DNA of 64,000 nt from Octopus vulgaris (GCA_951406725.2 OX597828.1:24800001-24864000), one strand, 5' to 3'. Positions 16,063 to 30,720 are shown, counted from the stretch's first letter. Numbers and translations: made by a program. The notes: generated from the letters alone by a model not told the origin.

Positions 16063-16457
16063 TTTATTTGTTTCAGTCATTTGACTGCGGCCATGCTGGA
16101 GCACCGCCTTCAGTCGAGCAAATCGACCCCGGGACTTATTCTTTGTAAGCCCAGTACTTATTCTATCGGTCCTTTTGCCGAACCGCTAAGTGACAGGGAC
16201 GTAAACACACCAGCATCGGTTGTCAAGTAATGCTAGGGAGACAAACACAGACACACAAACACATACATACATATACATATATATACATATATACGACAGG
16301 CTTCTTTCAGTTTCCGTCTACCAAATCCACTCACAAGGCTTTGGTCGGCCCGAGGCTATAGCAGAAGACACTTGCCCAAGGTGCCACGCAGTGGGACTGA
16401 ACCCGGAACCATGTGGTTGGTTAGCAAGCTACTTACCACACAGCCACTCCTGCACCT
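16063..16457 (-). mobile_element. SINE family B, full length
   Basis: Complete head, core, short internal microsatellite and tail. Confidence 0.92.
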
Positions 16458-16595
16458 ATACATACGTTTCATAGCTAGCAGAACCACCTCGTAAGTAGTC
16501 ATTACTTCTTGCTTGGGTAATTACAATTTCCAAGCTTCTGCTAGGTATGGAACATAAGTAGTCTGGATTTTATCTACTCCATTCCGTAATTTGGG

Positions 16596-16694
<99 letters not shown>

Positions 16695-17350
16695 TCTACA
16701 TACATACATTCATAAACACATACAAACATACATATATCCTTATATACAGACAGAGAGAAGGATAAAGGGTGAGAGACATCTGTATGTTTACATATATGTA
16801 TATCTATGCATTTATATATTTATTTATATATATGTGTGTATATGTGTGTGTGTGCGTGTGTATATATATATATACAGAGAGAGTGCGAGAGAGGGGGAGA
16901 GAAGTAAGAGAGAGGGAGAGATAGAGGTAAATGAACGTAGAGGCATGCGGATAGGTACTTAGGCAGATAAGAGTGACAAATACGTAGATAGGTTTCCATG
17001 CAGGTAGATACGTTAAGAGATAATCAGATACGCACATAGACAGAGACAGGTATGCATTAATATATGCATACATACTTACATACATACATACACACATACA
17101 TACATACATACATACATACATACATACATACATACATACATACATACATACATACATACATACGTACATACATACGAACGTACATATATATATATATGCC
17201 CAGCATACATGCATATACATATATATGCATATGTATATATATATGTGTGTGTGCGTGTGCGTGTGCGTGTGCGTGTGTGTGCGAATGTATATATGTATAT
17301 ATATATATATATATATGCATGTATCTATCTAGCTCTCTCTCTCTCTCTTG

Positions 17351-17415
<65 letters not shown>

Positions 17416-18196
17416 ATATGCGTATATATACACATATATGTATCTACAGATGTACTTATATATGTAGTCACACTAATATGTGAGTGTATTTATACACAGA
17501 GACACACACACAGACAGGCACACACACACACACACATATTCTTTGCAAAAGAAGATCCACAGATACACCATCACACACACAGAGACACATACACACACAC
17601 ATAGATACACACACACATAGATACACACACATACACACACACGAACATTCTCTCTCTAATGACTATATCATGTCATGTCTCTAGTTTCCTTGTTAATTCT
17701 TTCTCTAACGTGTGTGTCCATTAACAAACGTTACAGTAGCCACGATTTAATCAATAATCACACCTTTATCTTTCATCGGCTGAGAGGAGGAAGTCAAACG
17801 GCGGTGGAGCAGCAAGGATTTCGATCGTCGCAGACTCTGCTCTATTAGCTCACCGCTATTGCTGCTGCGCTGCTGCTGTCACTGTTGCTGCTTCTGTCGG
17901 TGATGTCTCTTGCGTGGTTCGATGTTTGTAAACCAAGCGTGGCTTATTCTAGTAATTCTCAGCCCAGTGGGATCGGTAAATATACATTGCATGCGTGTAA
18001 GAATACGGTTGCGTGGTTAAGAACATATTGTGTTGCTTTGTAATGACCGCCCGGTGCCAGGTTCAATCCCACGGCTAGGAGAGATATTGATAAATTCGTT
18101 TTACCAATGGCTTTTAATTGGTGTTATTAAATGTAAATTGCGTGAAGGCCTGTCCCATATGTATGCGTGCTGGTATAGAGATAGATAGATAGATAT

Positions 18197-18290
<94 letters not shown>

Positions 18291-18374
18291 TGATAGGTAG
18301 ACAGATACATACATACATAATACATAAATAGATAGATAGATAGGCATACTACATACATACATACATACATACAT

Positions 18375-18505
<131 letters not shown>

Positions 18506-19254
18506 TAGACGTGATATATAGTATACTGAAGAAATAGTACGTACTAATGTAAGCATGTTATACATACACATGTATATACACATAAACATGTACATATATG
18601 TGAGAACGTTTGCATATATATATATATATATACGTATGATAGCCATTGATATTTATGTGAGATATATAGATGCAGAGGGAAGAAAGTTGTAGATGAATAG
18701 TTATATATATATGCAAAGATATATATACACACACACCTGCGTAGCTTAGCTTAATTGGTATTCATTTACGAAACCACCAGAGTGAATTACTCTGAGAACC
18801 TCTAAACATACTACTGTGTAATGTGTTTTTAACAATTCACTAATTAGCAGGTAAAAAGAAACATTCTTTCATAAACTGGTATAAAATCAGGCAAAATTCT
18901 TTTGAGTGAGATTGAAAATTGACAATGGATTAATTGGAATGTAATAGAGACATGTTTCGAGAGTTGAAATCTACGCGATATTCTAGCTAGAATTATATCC
19001 ATTATGATATTTCTTTGAAGAATATTGAAAAAATTTTTGTAACGTATGATGCATTTGTATGTGTTTGTTCCCCTATTCGCTTATACATATATCAACGTAT
19101 GTATTGTAAATGGATTCATAACCGCTTCATCAAAATACACATGGTTAAGAATTTAGAGACCAATACGTATTAAAGTATGTCGTTATGTAACTTTAACGTC
19201 GCTGAGATTTAAAGCCAGTATTCTTATCCCCCAAAATTGTATGATTTAGTAATA

Positions 19255-19395
19255 TTAGGTTGTCCCAAAAGTTCATAAACACTTGCGAAAATTGAATTTT
19301 TACTCGCCAAGTACTAACAAAAACAACAAAAATTATTCCTCAAAATAAAGACCATTATTTTCCAAGACTTTCTACGAACTTTTGGGACAACCTTA
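19255..19395. mobile_element. 141-bp mariner-type MITE
   Basis: TIRs TTAGGTTGTCCCAAAAGTTC / GAACTTTTGGGACAACCTTA, flanked by TA on both sides. Confidence 0.85.
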
Positions 19396-19804
19396 TAGAC
19401 AAAAAAAATCTACGTTTACTTAATACAAAAGAACGTTACAATATAGAATGCGCATATTTCTTTTATCTGTTAGCTGTCATTTGACTGGTACCGCCTTGTA
19501 GGGAGCCGCGTTGAAGGGTTCCGCGTTGAAGGGTACCGCCTTGAAGGCGTTTAGTCGAAGAAATCGCCCCCACGATTTTTTAAAACCTAGTACTTATTCT
19601 ATCTTTCCCTTTCCCCGAACCGCTAAGTTACGGCAGCGTAAACACACCAGCACCAGCCGTCATATAAATATAAATATTTATATTTATAAGACAAAACAGA
19701 GTAAAAAAAATTACAGAAAACTTGTGTTATATGGTTAAAGAATATATTTAAATCGTTATGTTAGAAAAATGTTATAAAATATTGTGTATAGTAACATTGC
19801 TTTT

Positions 19805-19859
<55 letters not shown>

Positions 19860-20001
19860 GGTTATGAGAGGTAATGGTGTCAAGAAGACCCAAAGGTGTC
19901 AGGTGATGTTGAGTAAGTGGTATGGACAGACTATAGTTAAGCTCCAGGTTCGGTGATTATGCAAATGAGGAGTCCAACGTATATATATATATATATATAT
20001 A

Positions 20002-20046
20002 TGAACCTGAAGATTGCATAATTTAATGCATGAAAGTACTAGTTCA
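20002..20046 (+). ncRNA. Minimal type I hammerhead ribozyme motif
   Basis: TGAAC-CTGAAGA-T-TGCAT..ATGCA-T-GAAA-GTAC-TA-GTTCA; 5-bp stem I, palindromic stem III. Confidence 0.82.
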
Positions 20047-20230
20047 ATCAGAATGAACATTTAACATTCTATTATTTTATTTTATTTTATTATATTATAT
20101 TATCTTATATTATATCATTATAAGATTGTAAATAAAACGTGAAAATCAGACAAGGTTGGAATTCCTTTCATTAATATATTCTTCTATACACAATCACACA
20201 CACCCGTATATATATAAGATACATAGTTCA

Positions 20231-20302
20231 ATTACCTGAAGATTGACTGTAACCATAACTCGAATTATTACGAATTGTACAGCCATGAAACGATCGTAGT
20301 GT
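20231..20302 (+). ncRNA. Type I hammerhead ribozyme motif, long stem II
   Basis: TAC-CTGAAGA-(TGACTGTA..TACAGCCA)-GAAA-CGATCG-TA-GTG. Confidence 0.75.
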
Positions 20303-20436
20303 TTTACTCTTTATCTTTTATTAAACTTTTAATACTTTTGATATATATTTAAAATAATATAAATTAATTAATTTTATGTATTGGCTTATGTTTTTCATTG
20401 TTTGATTTGCCTAATGGTGGTTTTATCTCTAATTTA

Positions 20437-20476
<40 letters not shown>

Positions 20477-20805
20477 CAATGGATTCTTCCGTCGTTAGAC
20501 GACGTATAAGGGTTCGACAATTTCTTACCGAACAACCACGCAGATGATTGGTTTATAGTGATCAGATGTTTGTGTTCACATAAGGTTACTCTCTCCGTTA
20601 AATCGAGACATTATCTGTGCAGGTGCAACGGGGTGCCACATGCGAGTGCAACATCCTAACCACTAAGCCACAGACACACACACATATATAAGTTCACATA
20701 CATATATAGTATGTGTAGGTGGATTTGTACATGTATATACAGGCATACATACATACATACATTCATACATACATACATACATACATACATACATACATAC
20801 ATACA

Positions 20806-20836
<31 letters not shown>

Positions 20837-20994
20837 GTATCTAATTAATAAACGAAAAACAAAAATATATCTGTAATTAATTAATCACTTTTATTGGGGT
20901 AATCTATCCCCAAATCAATTTCATTACATTATATATGTACATGTTCAACAATGTATTTAAAGGTTTTCCGCAACGAAGTAACTTTTTATTGAAA

Positions 20995-21077
20995 TAGCTC
21001 TGACGAAGCTACAAGACTACGCATTGGCACTGCAAAATAGGCGAACGGTTCCTTATATAAGAAACAGCTGCAAGCTA
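20995..21077 (+). ncRNA. Type I hammerhead motif with mutated cleavage triplet
   Basis: TAGCT-CTGACGA-..-GAAA-CAGCTG-CA-AGCTA (GCA instead of GTA). Confidence 0.6.
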
Positions 21078-21556
21078 ATGAACGTAATTAAGTAATTTCT
21101 ATTCACATGTCATTAATTTATTAATTAATATTACGCTTTGTGATGACCTTTTGGTTCGTGTAAGTGTCCGGAGCGGAAAACGTCCGATAATTCACACCTC
21201 ATCGACGCCGAGTATTACTAAAACTGTGGCGTATAAATACATTAAGTTCTAGCAACTGGTTGACGGTACGGCTATGGCGAAGCGGAATCATAATAAATAT
21301 GTGTATGTGTGCATATATGTGTGTGTGTGTATGCATGTGTATATGCATGTGTGTGCGTACGGTTGTGTGCATGTGTGCGTATGAGAGTGCATATATAATT
21401 ATATGTATCTGTATGTATGGGAAATAAGCAAGTATGTGTGTATGTACGTGTTGATTTAATACATAGCTATATGTGTGTGTGTCTATATATATAAATGTGT
21501 GTGTGTATATATATAAATATTTATATATATATGAAAGTATAGTGTATATATGTATA

Positions 21557-21618
<62 letters not shown>

Positions 21619-21734
21619 TATATATACACACACACATATATATATGCATACATATATATGTATATGTATATATATATGCATATACATATACACACATATA
21701 TATACATGCATACATATATATATGTATATATGTA

Positions 21735-21829
<95 letters not shown>

Positions 21830-21833
<4 letters not shown>

Positions 21834-23259
21834 TGTTTGAAGATATTATGCAAATTGGTTTGTTTTTAATAAAATAAATGTATATGTACATAGGAAGCTG
21901 AAATTTTAGGATTTTGGTACAAATGCCCTTTCTTAGTCGTGGCTAAAACTTGGCGTACATCTGATCTGTTTTTCGTGATTAATTGAGAATTTACTGAAAT
22001 TGGCTGTCTGAAGTTATTATGTAAATGTTGGAATTCATATTTTTACAGTGTTAATGATACGTTTCTGTTATTTTGCAGCTCATACTATAATCATGGGCAA
22101 AAAGAAAGATATTACAGCGTCTGAAGAACAGGAAATAACTAAGCTTTTAAGTGATGGCATTTCCTCTTTGAACATTTCGAAGTAGCTTGGCTGAGATCAT
22201 CAAACAATCAAGAAAACAATTGAAGATATAATAAAGAACAGAAAACCAGGGTCTGGAAAGGGTTTCAAGAACTTGTCCACGAGAGATAAACGCATTGTCG
22301 TTAAAAACCCAGCTGAAACGCATTGTCGTCAAAAACCCACTACTCAGTGGTGATAAGGTATTTAATATGGCTGGGATTGTTGGAATAAAGAGTGGGAAAA
22401 GGTGTAGAGTCCTTCGCGACATTGGTTCTGTGAAAAAATCCCCTCGCCAGCCTCCTATATCTCCAACTAATATTGATAAGCGTCTAAATTGGGTAAGACA
22501 GTACTTAAAAACAGGTTTCAGAAACGTCATATTCACTGACGAATTGCACGTCACATTGATTGTCCAGATAGATGGGCTAAAGGAAGGGTTCTGTCAGGCT
22601 AGGATGCTCCTATGACGAGAAGACGGTAAGAAGGAGGTGGTGGTGTAATGATATTGGCTGGTATTGTTAATAGAACCATCATTAGACCATTTAAAGTTAA
22701 CGAAGGTGTAAAACTCAACAGTACTAATTATTGTGAATTTTTGGATCAAAGTTTCCTTGAATGGTACAAACATCAGCCTCGCAATTTCAAGACAGAGTAT
22801 GGTTATGCTTGAAAATGCTCCATTACATGCTTCTTGTCTAACTCGTGAGTTTCTTGAGCGCAAACGATTTGCTGAAGACAAAATAATGGAGTAACCAGCG
22901 TCAAGTCCTGATTTGAACCCAATGAAAAAATACTCTGGTCAATCGTCAAAGAGAAACTCTATGAAGGAAGCAAACAGTACAACAGTAAGGTAGAACTGTG
23001 GGATGCTATACAAAGTATTACAGCTGCAGTTTCGCCAGATCAAATTGGAAAACTAAGAAATTCTATGGTCAAGGTTAGTAACGTTTATTGAAAAGAAAGG
23101 TCGTTATATCAACAAGTAAATTGTTTCAACTATTATATTAAAACATTGTTCTTTGAATTAGTAAAACGTCCATAATGGGTTCATATATTTTAATTGTCTT
23201 GATACGCAAAGAAAATATGAATTCCAACATTTGCATAATAACTTCAGACAGCCAATTTC
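21830..23259 (+). mobile_element. Tc1/mariner transposon, DD37E (TRT-like), defective
   Basis: 48-bp inverted repeats 21996-22043 / 23212-23259; related outer repeat at 21830; transposase remnant inside. Confidence 0.88.
22093..23119 (+). pseudogene. Tc1-family transposase pseudogene
   Basis: MGKKKDIT HTH start, VIFTDE, GGGGVM, ENAPLH..SPDLNPMK with 37 residues between the decayed D and E positions; several stops and frameshifts. Confidence 0.9.
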
Positions 23260-23288
23260 GTTATATATATATTGATATATATATACAC

Positions 23289-23333
<45 letters not shown>

Positions 23334-23354
23334 TATACATATATATATATATAT

Positions 23355-23543
23355 TCGGTGTTTTTTTCTCTGTGTATCTTTCTGTTGAAGAGCGTAGGCT
23401 CGAAACGTTAAAGACTTGTTTCATTTATATTTCCTGAGCGCCATACTAATACAATTGTTTGTTTGTATTCCACCTGCCTTCGTCTTTTGTTTATTTCCGT
23501 AAACCTGCCTTCGTCTTTTGTTTATTTTCATAAAGCTTACCGT

Positions 23544-23545
<2 letters not shown>
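23355..23545 (+). mobile_element. pLTR-like repeat with variant hammerhead (23377-23414)
   Basis: TCTTT-CTGTTGA-A-GAGC-GTAG-GCTC-GAAA-CG-TT-AAAGA; flanked by (TA)n. Confidence 0.68.
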
Positions 23546-23582
<37 letters not shown>

Positions 23583-23601
23583 GTGTGTATACACACACAC
23601 A

Positions 23602-24304
23602 TCTATTATATAAAATCTGTTCTGTCTGTCTGTGCGTGTGTCTTCTAGGATCTCGGGCATCCTCCATCCGATTGCGCTCAATTTTGATATGTAGATACCG
23701 ACGGTATCAGGGCGTGTATAAGTCTTGAAAAAATTACAAAAATCGATTCCAGGTGATAATGCGATCGATAAAGCCGTGGGAACGTGCATTTGTACGCGCA
23801 AGTACATCAGCTGTTGCGATCGATACTACGAGTACGCGAGAAAAATGCACGTGCAGTTTGCACAAAAAAATCATCATGCTTTTCCATCTAGATTTACCTC
23901 CAGCTAACCCATTAGCATGCATCCTTTTTGTCCTGCTTTTCTTCCGTCAACCTGTGCATAACTGCACCGTCCATTTTTTGTTGTTTTTGTGCAGCTTAAA
24001 GGCACGTTGCTTTCCTGCCAAGCTTACTGTTTAAACCATGTTCGTGTTCTCCCAGTCAACAGCCTTATCATTACTGGTACTTTAAATTCTTCGGTGGCAT
24101 ATTTGTGTGAATAAAATCGTTTTTCTTTGGAATAGAAAAAACGTCTATCTTTATTTCTTCTTTTGCTGGTGTGTCAAATTTAGGTTAAATCAGTGTTTCT
24201 CAAAGGGGAGGCCTATGGGACGGTCGGACAAGTTATTTTGAGAAAATTTGGTTTAAATGTTTGACAACTCAGTAGCGTCCATTGAACGGGGGGCGTTTTG
24301 CTAG
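23602..24304 (+). mobile_element. Non-autonomous Helitron
   Basis: 5' TCTATTATATAAAA, subterminal hairpin GCGTCC..GGGCGT (24275-24296), 3' CTAG; sits between A and T with no TSD. Confidence 0.82.
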
Positions 24305-24330
24305 TATGTATATGTATATATATATATATA

Positions 24331-24992
<662 letters not shown>

Positions 24993-24997
<5 letters not shown>

Positions 24998-25557
24998 AGA
25001 GCGAGTTATAAACAGTAGCGGTAACACATCGTGACGCATATTTGCCATTTGAATATGGCTAACCCCTAAGGGTGGATGCTACTGTAGTAGAGGACACAGA
25101 TATTGTGTCTATAGCCAGCTGGACGAGATATCTTCCTGGGGCTACAGACTACAGTAGCATCCACCCTTAGGGGTTAGCCATATTCAAATGGCAAATATGC
25201 GTCACGATGTGTTACCGCTACTGTTTATAACTCGCTCTGAGATTTATCATTGTTTGATTTCTCTTTTTCAATATCAGTGTCAATCGACACTGGAAAAAGT
25301 ATATGTATTTGTGAAGGAGCTGACTTCTTGTCGACAACCATGATTGTCACACGCTGATGAAAGGTAAACACCTTGAAACTCGGGTCCGTGTGTATCATGA
25401 GTTGAAGACGGGGAGGATGACTCCCCTTCACAAATACTGAGAGGACACAGATAGTGTGTCTATAGCCAGCTGGAGGAGATATCTTCCTGGGGCTGCAAAC
25501 TACAGTAGCATCCACCCTTAGGGGTTAGCCATATTCAAATGGCAAATATGCGTCACG

Positions 25558-25559
<2 letters not shown>
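24993..25559 (+). mobile_element. Retrozyme/mini-Penelope-like element: 351-nt period, ~1.3-mer plus 96-bp inverted leader
   Basis: Direct repeats 25090-25208 / 25441-25559; inverted 24993-25088 vs 25148-25243; internal hammerhead; (TA)n flanks. Confidence 0.82.
25348..25392 (+). ncRNA. Type I hammerhead ribozyme
   Basis: CACACG-CTGATGA-AAGGT-AAAC-ACCTT-GAAA-CTCGGG-TC-CGTGTG; predicted cleavage after GUC at 25386. Confidence 0.9.
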
Positions 25560-25617
<58 letters not shown>

Positions 25618-25626
25618 ATATATGTG

Positions 25627-25685
<59 letters not shown>

Positions 25686-26206
25686 GTATATGTGTATGTC
25701 TTAATATCTTAGCAGTATATATATATAACTAAGATATTAATTAGGTGGTAGAGTCGATGTGAATCACTTCTAAGTCAGCTGGAACGCACAATAAAATATA
25801 TTTGTGTTTATGTTCCAATATAACATCACCAATATAGAAACAACAAAAACAACAGCAACAACAACCGCAGCAGCAACAACAACAACAACTGCAACAGTAA
25901 TGACTGCAACTATAAAAAAAGCTTCAATAACAGTATAACATCAATAAGAACAACAACAATTATCACATCGTTACATCAGAACTTTCTAGAAATTAGTTTT
26001 AAAAGAACATTTCTATTAATTAAATTTTCATTCAGTTTTTTTCTTCTTTTTTTTGACTTTTCGCTAAAATTTGTTTGTTTCTTGTTTTTGTTTTTTTTTT
26101 GTAATTACCTAAAACCAAAATATAACACAGGTGTCCTGTGATTAGTTTATTGTTGTTGCTGTTGTTGTTGTTGACGTTACTGTTATTGTTATTATTTTGG
26201 CGGCAC

Positions 26207-26318
26207 TGGTGGTGGTGGTGGTGGTGGTGGTGGTGGTAGTGGTGGTGGTGGTGGTGGTGGTGGTGGTGGTGGTGATGGTGGTGGTGGTGGTGGTGGTGGT
26301 GGTGGTGGTGGTGGTGGT
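26207..26318. repeat. (TGG)n microsatellite
   Basis: Direct reading. Confidence 0.97.
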
Positions 26319-26630
26319 TCGTTGGTTCCGTTCTCGTTGAGTGAAACTTCAAGGTATGTCGTTTGTTATTTCTTGTTAGTTCTAGCAAAGCGAACACTCG
26401 GGAGACTCACTCTATTGGAAGTACCACAAGTAGTCGTTCCTGCTGCTACTACTGTTGTTATTGCTGTTGTTGTTGTTGTTGTTGTTGTTATTGTTGTTGA
26501 TGGCGCTGATGTTTGTTGTCGTTACTGATTCCGTCCTTGTTGAGTGAAGTTTGAAGAAGAGATGTCCGCTATTTTTTAAGGTAACTTACGCACACAAACA
26601 CATGCACACACACACACACATATACATACA

Positions 26631-26684
<54 letters not shown>

Positions 26685-26808
26685 CATATATATGTTGCTT
26701 TATTTTTTACTTGTTTCAGTCATTTGACTGCGGCCATGCTAGAGCACCGTCTTTAGTCGAACAAATCGGATCAAGGATTTGATCTTTGTAAGGCCAGTAC
26801 TTATTCTA

Positions 26809-26877
<69 letters not shown>

Positions 26878-27805
26878 CACACAGAGTGAGTTTTCTGTTT
26901 ACCAAACTGTCTATCCAGGGTGAGAATAGGAGACACTTGCGCAATTTGTCACGTGGTGTGGCAGAACCTGAAAACAAGGGATTAAGAAGCGAACTTCTAA
27001 ACCACAAATCAAGCATACGTCTGTTACTTATCAGTAAAGTATGTCCATATATAAACCCGCCATACATAAAGCATACCTATTTAACATTCATAACTAAAAC
27101 AATTTCACAGACAGATTGAAATGAAAGCATATGTATTTCATCTGACCTTGACTTATTACCATTTCGCACGGAGCCTACCTTTATATTGCATGGACCAGTC
27201 TATAAGCATTAGATAGCGTAAGTATTTAAATAGGCCAAGTTTTCTAAATCATTTATTTTGTTTCCAGATGGAATAAGTACCAGGTTTGAAAACTAAGTAT
27301 TGGGATTAATTTCTTCGACTAAACTCTTCAAGGTGGTGCCCCAGTATGGCTGTTGTCCAATGGGTGAGACATGTAAAAGATAAGGATAAAATATGACATG
27401 ACAATTTTCATAGTAAATCACCATTGTGTCCTTCGCTATATCAGATGTTAGGATGTGATTTAAAAAAGATTTACCTCCAATTTTTAACAGGCTCAATGAA
27501 CACATCGAGGCTGCATATTGACTCGTATTGATGCGTTGTGCTAAATAAGAAAAAATGTGCTAATGTGACGAGATCCCGATGACCTCTTTGTGACATTCTG
27601 AGGACATCTTGATGACATCTGGAACACAGATTTTAATTTACAAGAATGGCATTTAATTAACTGAAGATTGGCCTCAACAGGTGCGCAAATTCGAATGCGT
27701 ACGTGTCTGTTTGTTAGTATACTATGTATGTCCACAAATAAAAAAATGAAGAGTATGTACATGCACACATATTTTTGTGACTGTATCTATCTATCTACCA
27801 ATCTA

Positions 27806-27869
<64 letters not shown>

Positions 27870-28961
27870 CATACACATACACACATAAATGTACAAACAC
27901 ATATCCGCGTGAGTCAAAATACAAATGTAATTATAAATATATACGCATCTACATAAGTAGATACATATACATATATTCATGTATATGTGTGTGTATGCAA
28001 ATGTATGTGTATGTATGTATGCGTATACGCCCGCGTGTGTGTATTCATAAACATATACAAACCCGTGCATATAAGCACACATTATTCCTTGATGGTTCTG
28101 ATGGATAGCTTTGAATACTGTTGCTATATGCAGAAGAATTATACGAAGCAGATGTTCATGAATACGACTGACCACCACTGAAATAACCACTCAACACTTC
28201 GGCCAATCACTGGCCACTTACCTCATCTTACTTGCACAGAATTGCTAATTAAATTTGACTGACATTTAATAATGTCCAAGTGAACTTGTCTATGAAAAGA
28301 AACACCGAAAGAGGCGACATGCGGCAGTCAGTTAGATGTAAAGCATTCTTGATTTCGCAGACTTGTTATCAGAACCATACCACCTGTGGCCATCTCGACT
28401 GTTTTAGGTGTAAGATTACCATACAGAATATGCAAACTTTTATCTTTTACAAAAAAAGGCTGAAATTTGTTGGATATCGAAAAGAATGGGGAAGCACGTA
28501 GAAGAACTTTAGTTTCAGTATGCACCCAAAGAAATTCACATACACACACACACACACACACACATACATAAATGTATATATATGCCGATGCACATACACA
28601 CTTACACACATATTTTTTTTCCTTGTTTCAGTCACTCCGACTGCGGCCATGCTGGAGCACCGCCCCCAATCGAGCAACTCGACCCCGGAACTTATTCTTT
28701 GTAAGCCTAGTACTTATTCTATCGGTCTCCTTTGCCGAACCGCTATGTATATATGTATATACGTTATTATACATGCTTAAAAATATACATCATAGATAGA
28801 GTATATATCATATGAATACATGCACACACATTGTATATATATATATATATATGCATGTGCATGTATGTATGTAGATGTATATGTATGTGTATATAGATAT
28901 ATATATACATATGCGTGTGTGAATGCATGTATGTATGTAGTTGTATATATGTATGTATGAA

Positions 28962-29178
28962 AGCGCGTGGCTTAGTGGTTTGGGCATTCGGCTCGCGATC
29001 GTAAAGTCGTGAGTTCATTTCCCGGCGACTCGGTGTGTTCTTGTGCAAGACACTTTATTTCATGATGCCCACGTATATGTGAAGTACTCAGTCACTTGCA
29101 TTTTAATTTCACGAGCAAGCTGTTCCGTTGTTCGTATCAGCTGGAACCCCCGTCGTCGCAACCGACGAAGTGCTCGTA
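28962..29178 (+). mobile_element. tRNA-derived SINE family C, internally deleted
   Basis: A box TGGCTTAGTGG, B-box-like GAGTTCATTTCCC, TGTGTTCTTGTGCAAGACACTTTA; tail shared with 41350-41430. Confidence 0.75.
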
Positions 29179-29349
29179 TATGTATGTATAAATTTCAGTG
29201 GTTAAGCAGAAACTATACAACAAGGAGAAATAGTTAGACGAAGGCAGAGCAAATGGAAAACTAAATGAAAACTTAACGGACGGGAAATTTAGACAAAGAT
29301 ACGATACACGGAATATATGTGCGTGTGTGTATGTGTGTGCGTGTGTGCG

Positions 29350-29453
<104 letters not shown>

Positions 29454-29459
29454 TGTAGG

Positions 29460-29617
29460 TAGAATTCACAAAAAGGAAAAGACGAAGACAGGTGGTGTAG
29501 ACAACAAACAGATGTATTAGTTTAACGCTCGGGAAGTAAAAATGTCTTTAATGTTTCGAGCCCACGCTCTTCCACAGAAAGGAACTCAGAAAGAAACAAA
29601 GAGAGAAAATAAAGAGA
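29460..29617 (-). mobile_element. Copy of the variant-hammerhead pLTR-like repeat
   Basis: Matches 2268-2426. Confidence 0.65.
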
Positions 29618-29621
29618 TGTA

Positions 29622-29692
<71 letters not shown>

Positions 29693-29901
29693 GTGTCCCC
29701 ATATCTCTGTTATTGACTGTAATCTTATGTATTTGCTCTAGTAGGGCAACACCAAACGCGAGCATGAAGTAGGAATATGTGAAAACCCTTGGGTAATCTA
29801 TGTCCGAAGAATGGAAAATATCATTGCTAGAGCACAGAAATGTCTTCTCTCTCTTTCCCTCTCTCTCACTACATATATATATATATGTATATGTATGCAT
29901 G

Positions 29902-29970
<69 letters not shown>

Positions 29971-29975
29971 GTGTA

Positions 29976-30041
<66 letters not shown>

Positions 30042-30364
30042 TGTATGTATGCATGTATGTATTTATGTATGTATGTATGTATATTACGATAGTTTAACGA
30101 GAAAAAAAACACAATACTAGTGAGAGGAGGGATTTGTAGGTGTAAGCATTTAGATTGTGGGAGGTGTTACAAACAAAGAGAGTAAGAGTGAGAATGGCTA
30201 ATTTTATATTGATAGGGACGGTCGGGTGGGAGATAGAAAAGAAGGGAATGAGAGAGAGCAGAGGAAAGCGTGTGGAATATGTAAGGTGTTACAAGATATG
30301 TGTTTGTTTGTGTTTGTATGTGTGTGTGCGTGTATATGTCTGTGTGTGGGCTTGTGCATTTAGT

Positions 30365-30398
<34 letters not shown>

Positions 30399-30480
30399 CG
30401 TGTGTAATGTATATTATTAATATAAATGTATACAAAAATACATATTCCATTTATAAATATACTTCCAGTCATACACACAA

Positions 30481-30535
<55 letters not shown>

Positions 30536-30668
30536 CGCACAAACATGTGTGTCATACGTGTACATGAATATATATGTATATATACATAAACACCCATACG
30601 TACATGTGTGAAGTAGGGGCATACATTTAAATGCATATACGTTTATATATAAATATTTATATTTCTAT

Positions 30669-30720
<52 letters not shown>

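Noticed and set aside
18008-18080. tRNA-like A and B boxes
   Set aside because: No convincing cloverleaf; likely a decayed SINE head, as for the other SINE heads
27474-27620. Minus-strand AG..GT-bounded open segment
   Set aside because: No resemblance to convertase or any family I recognise
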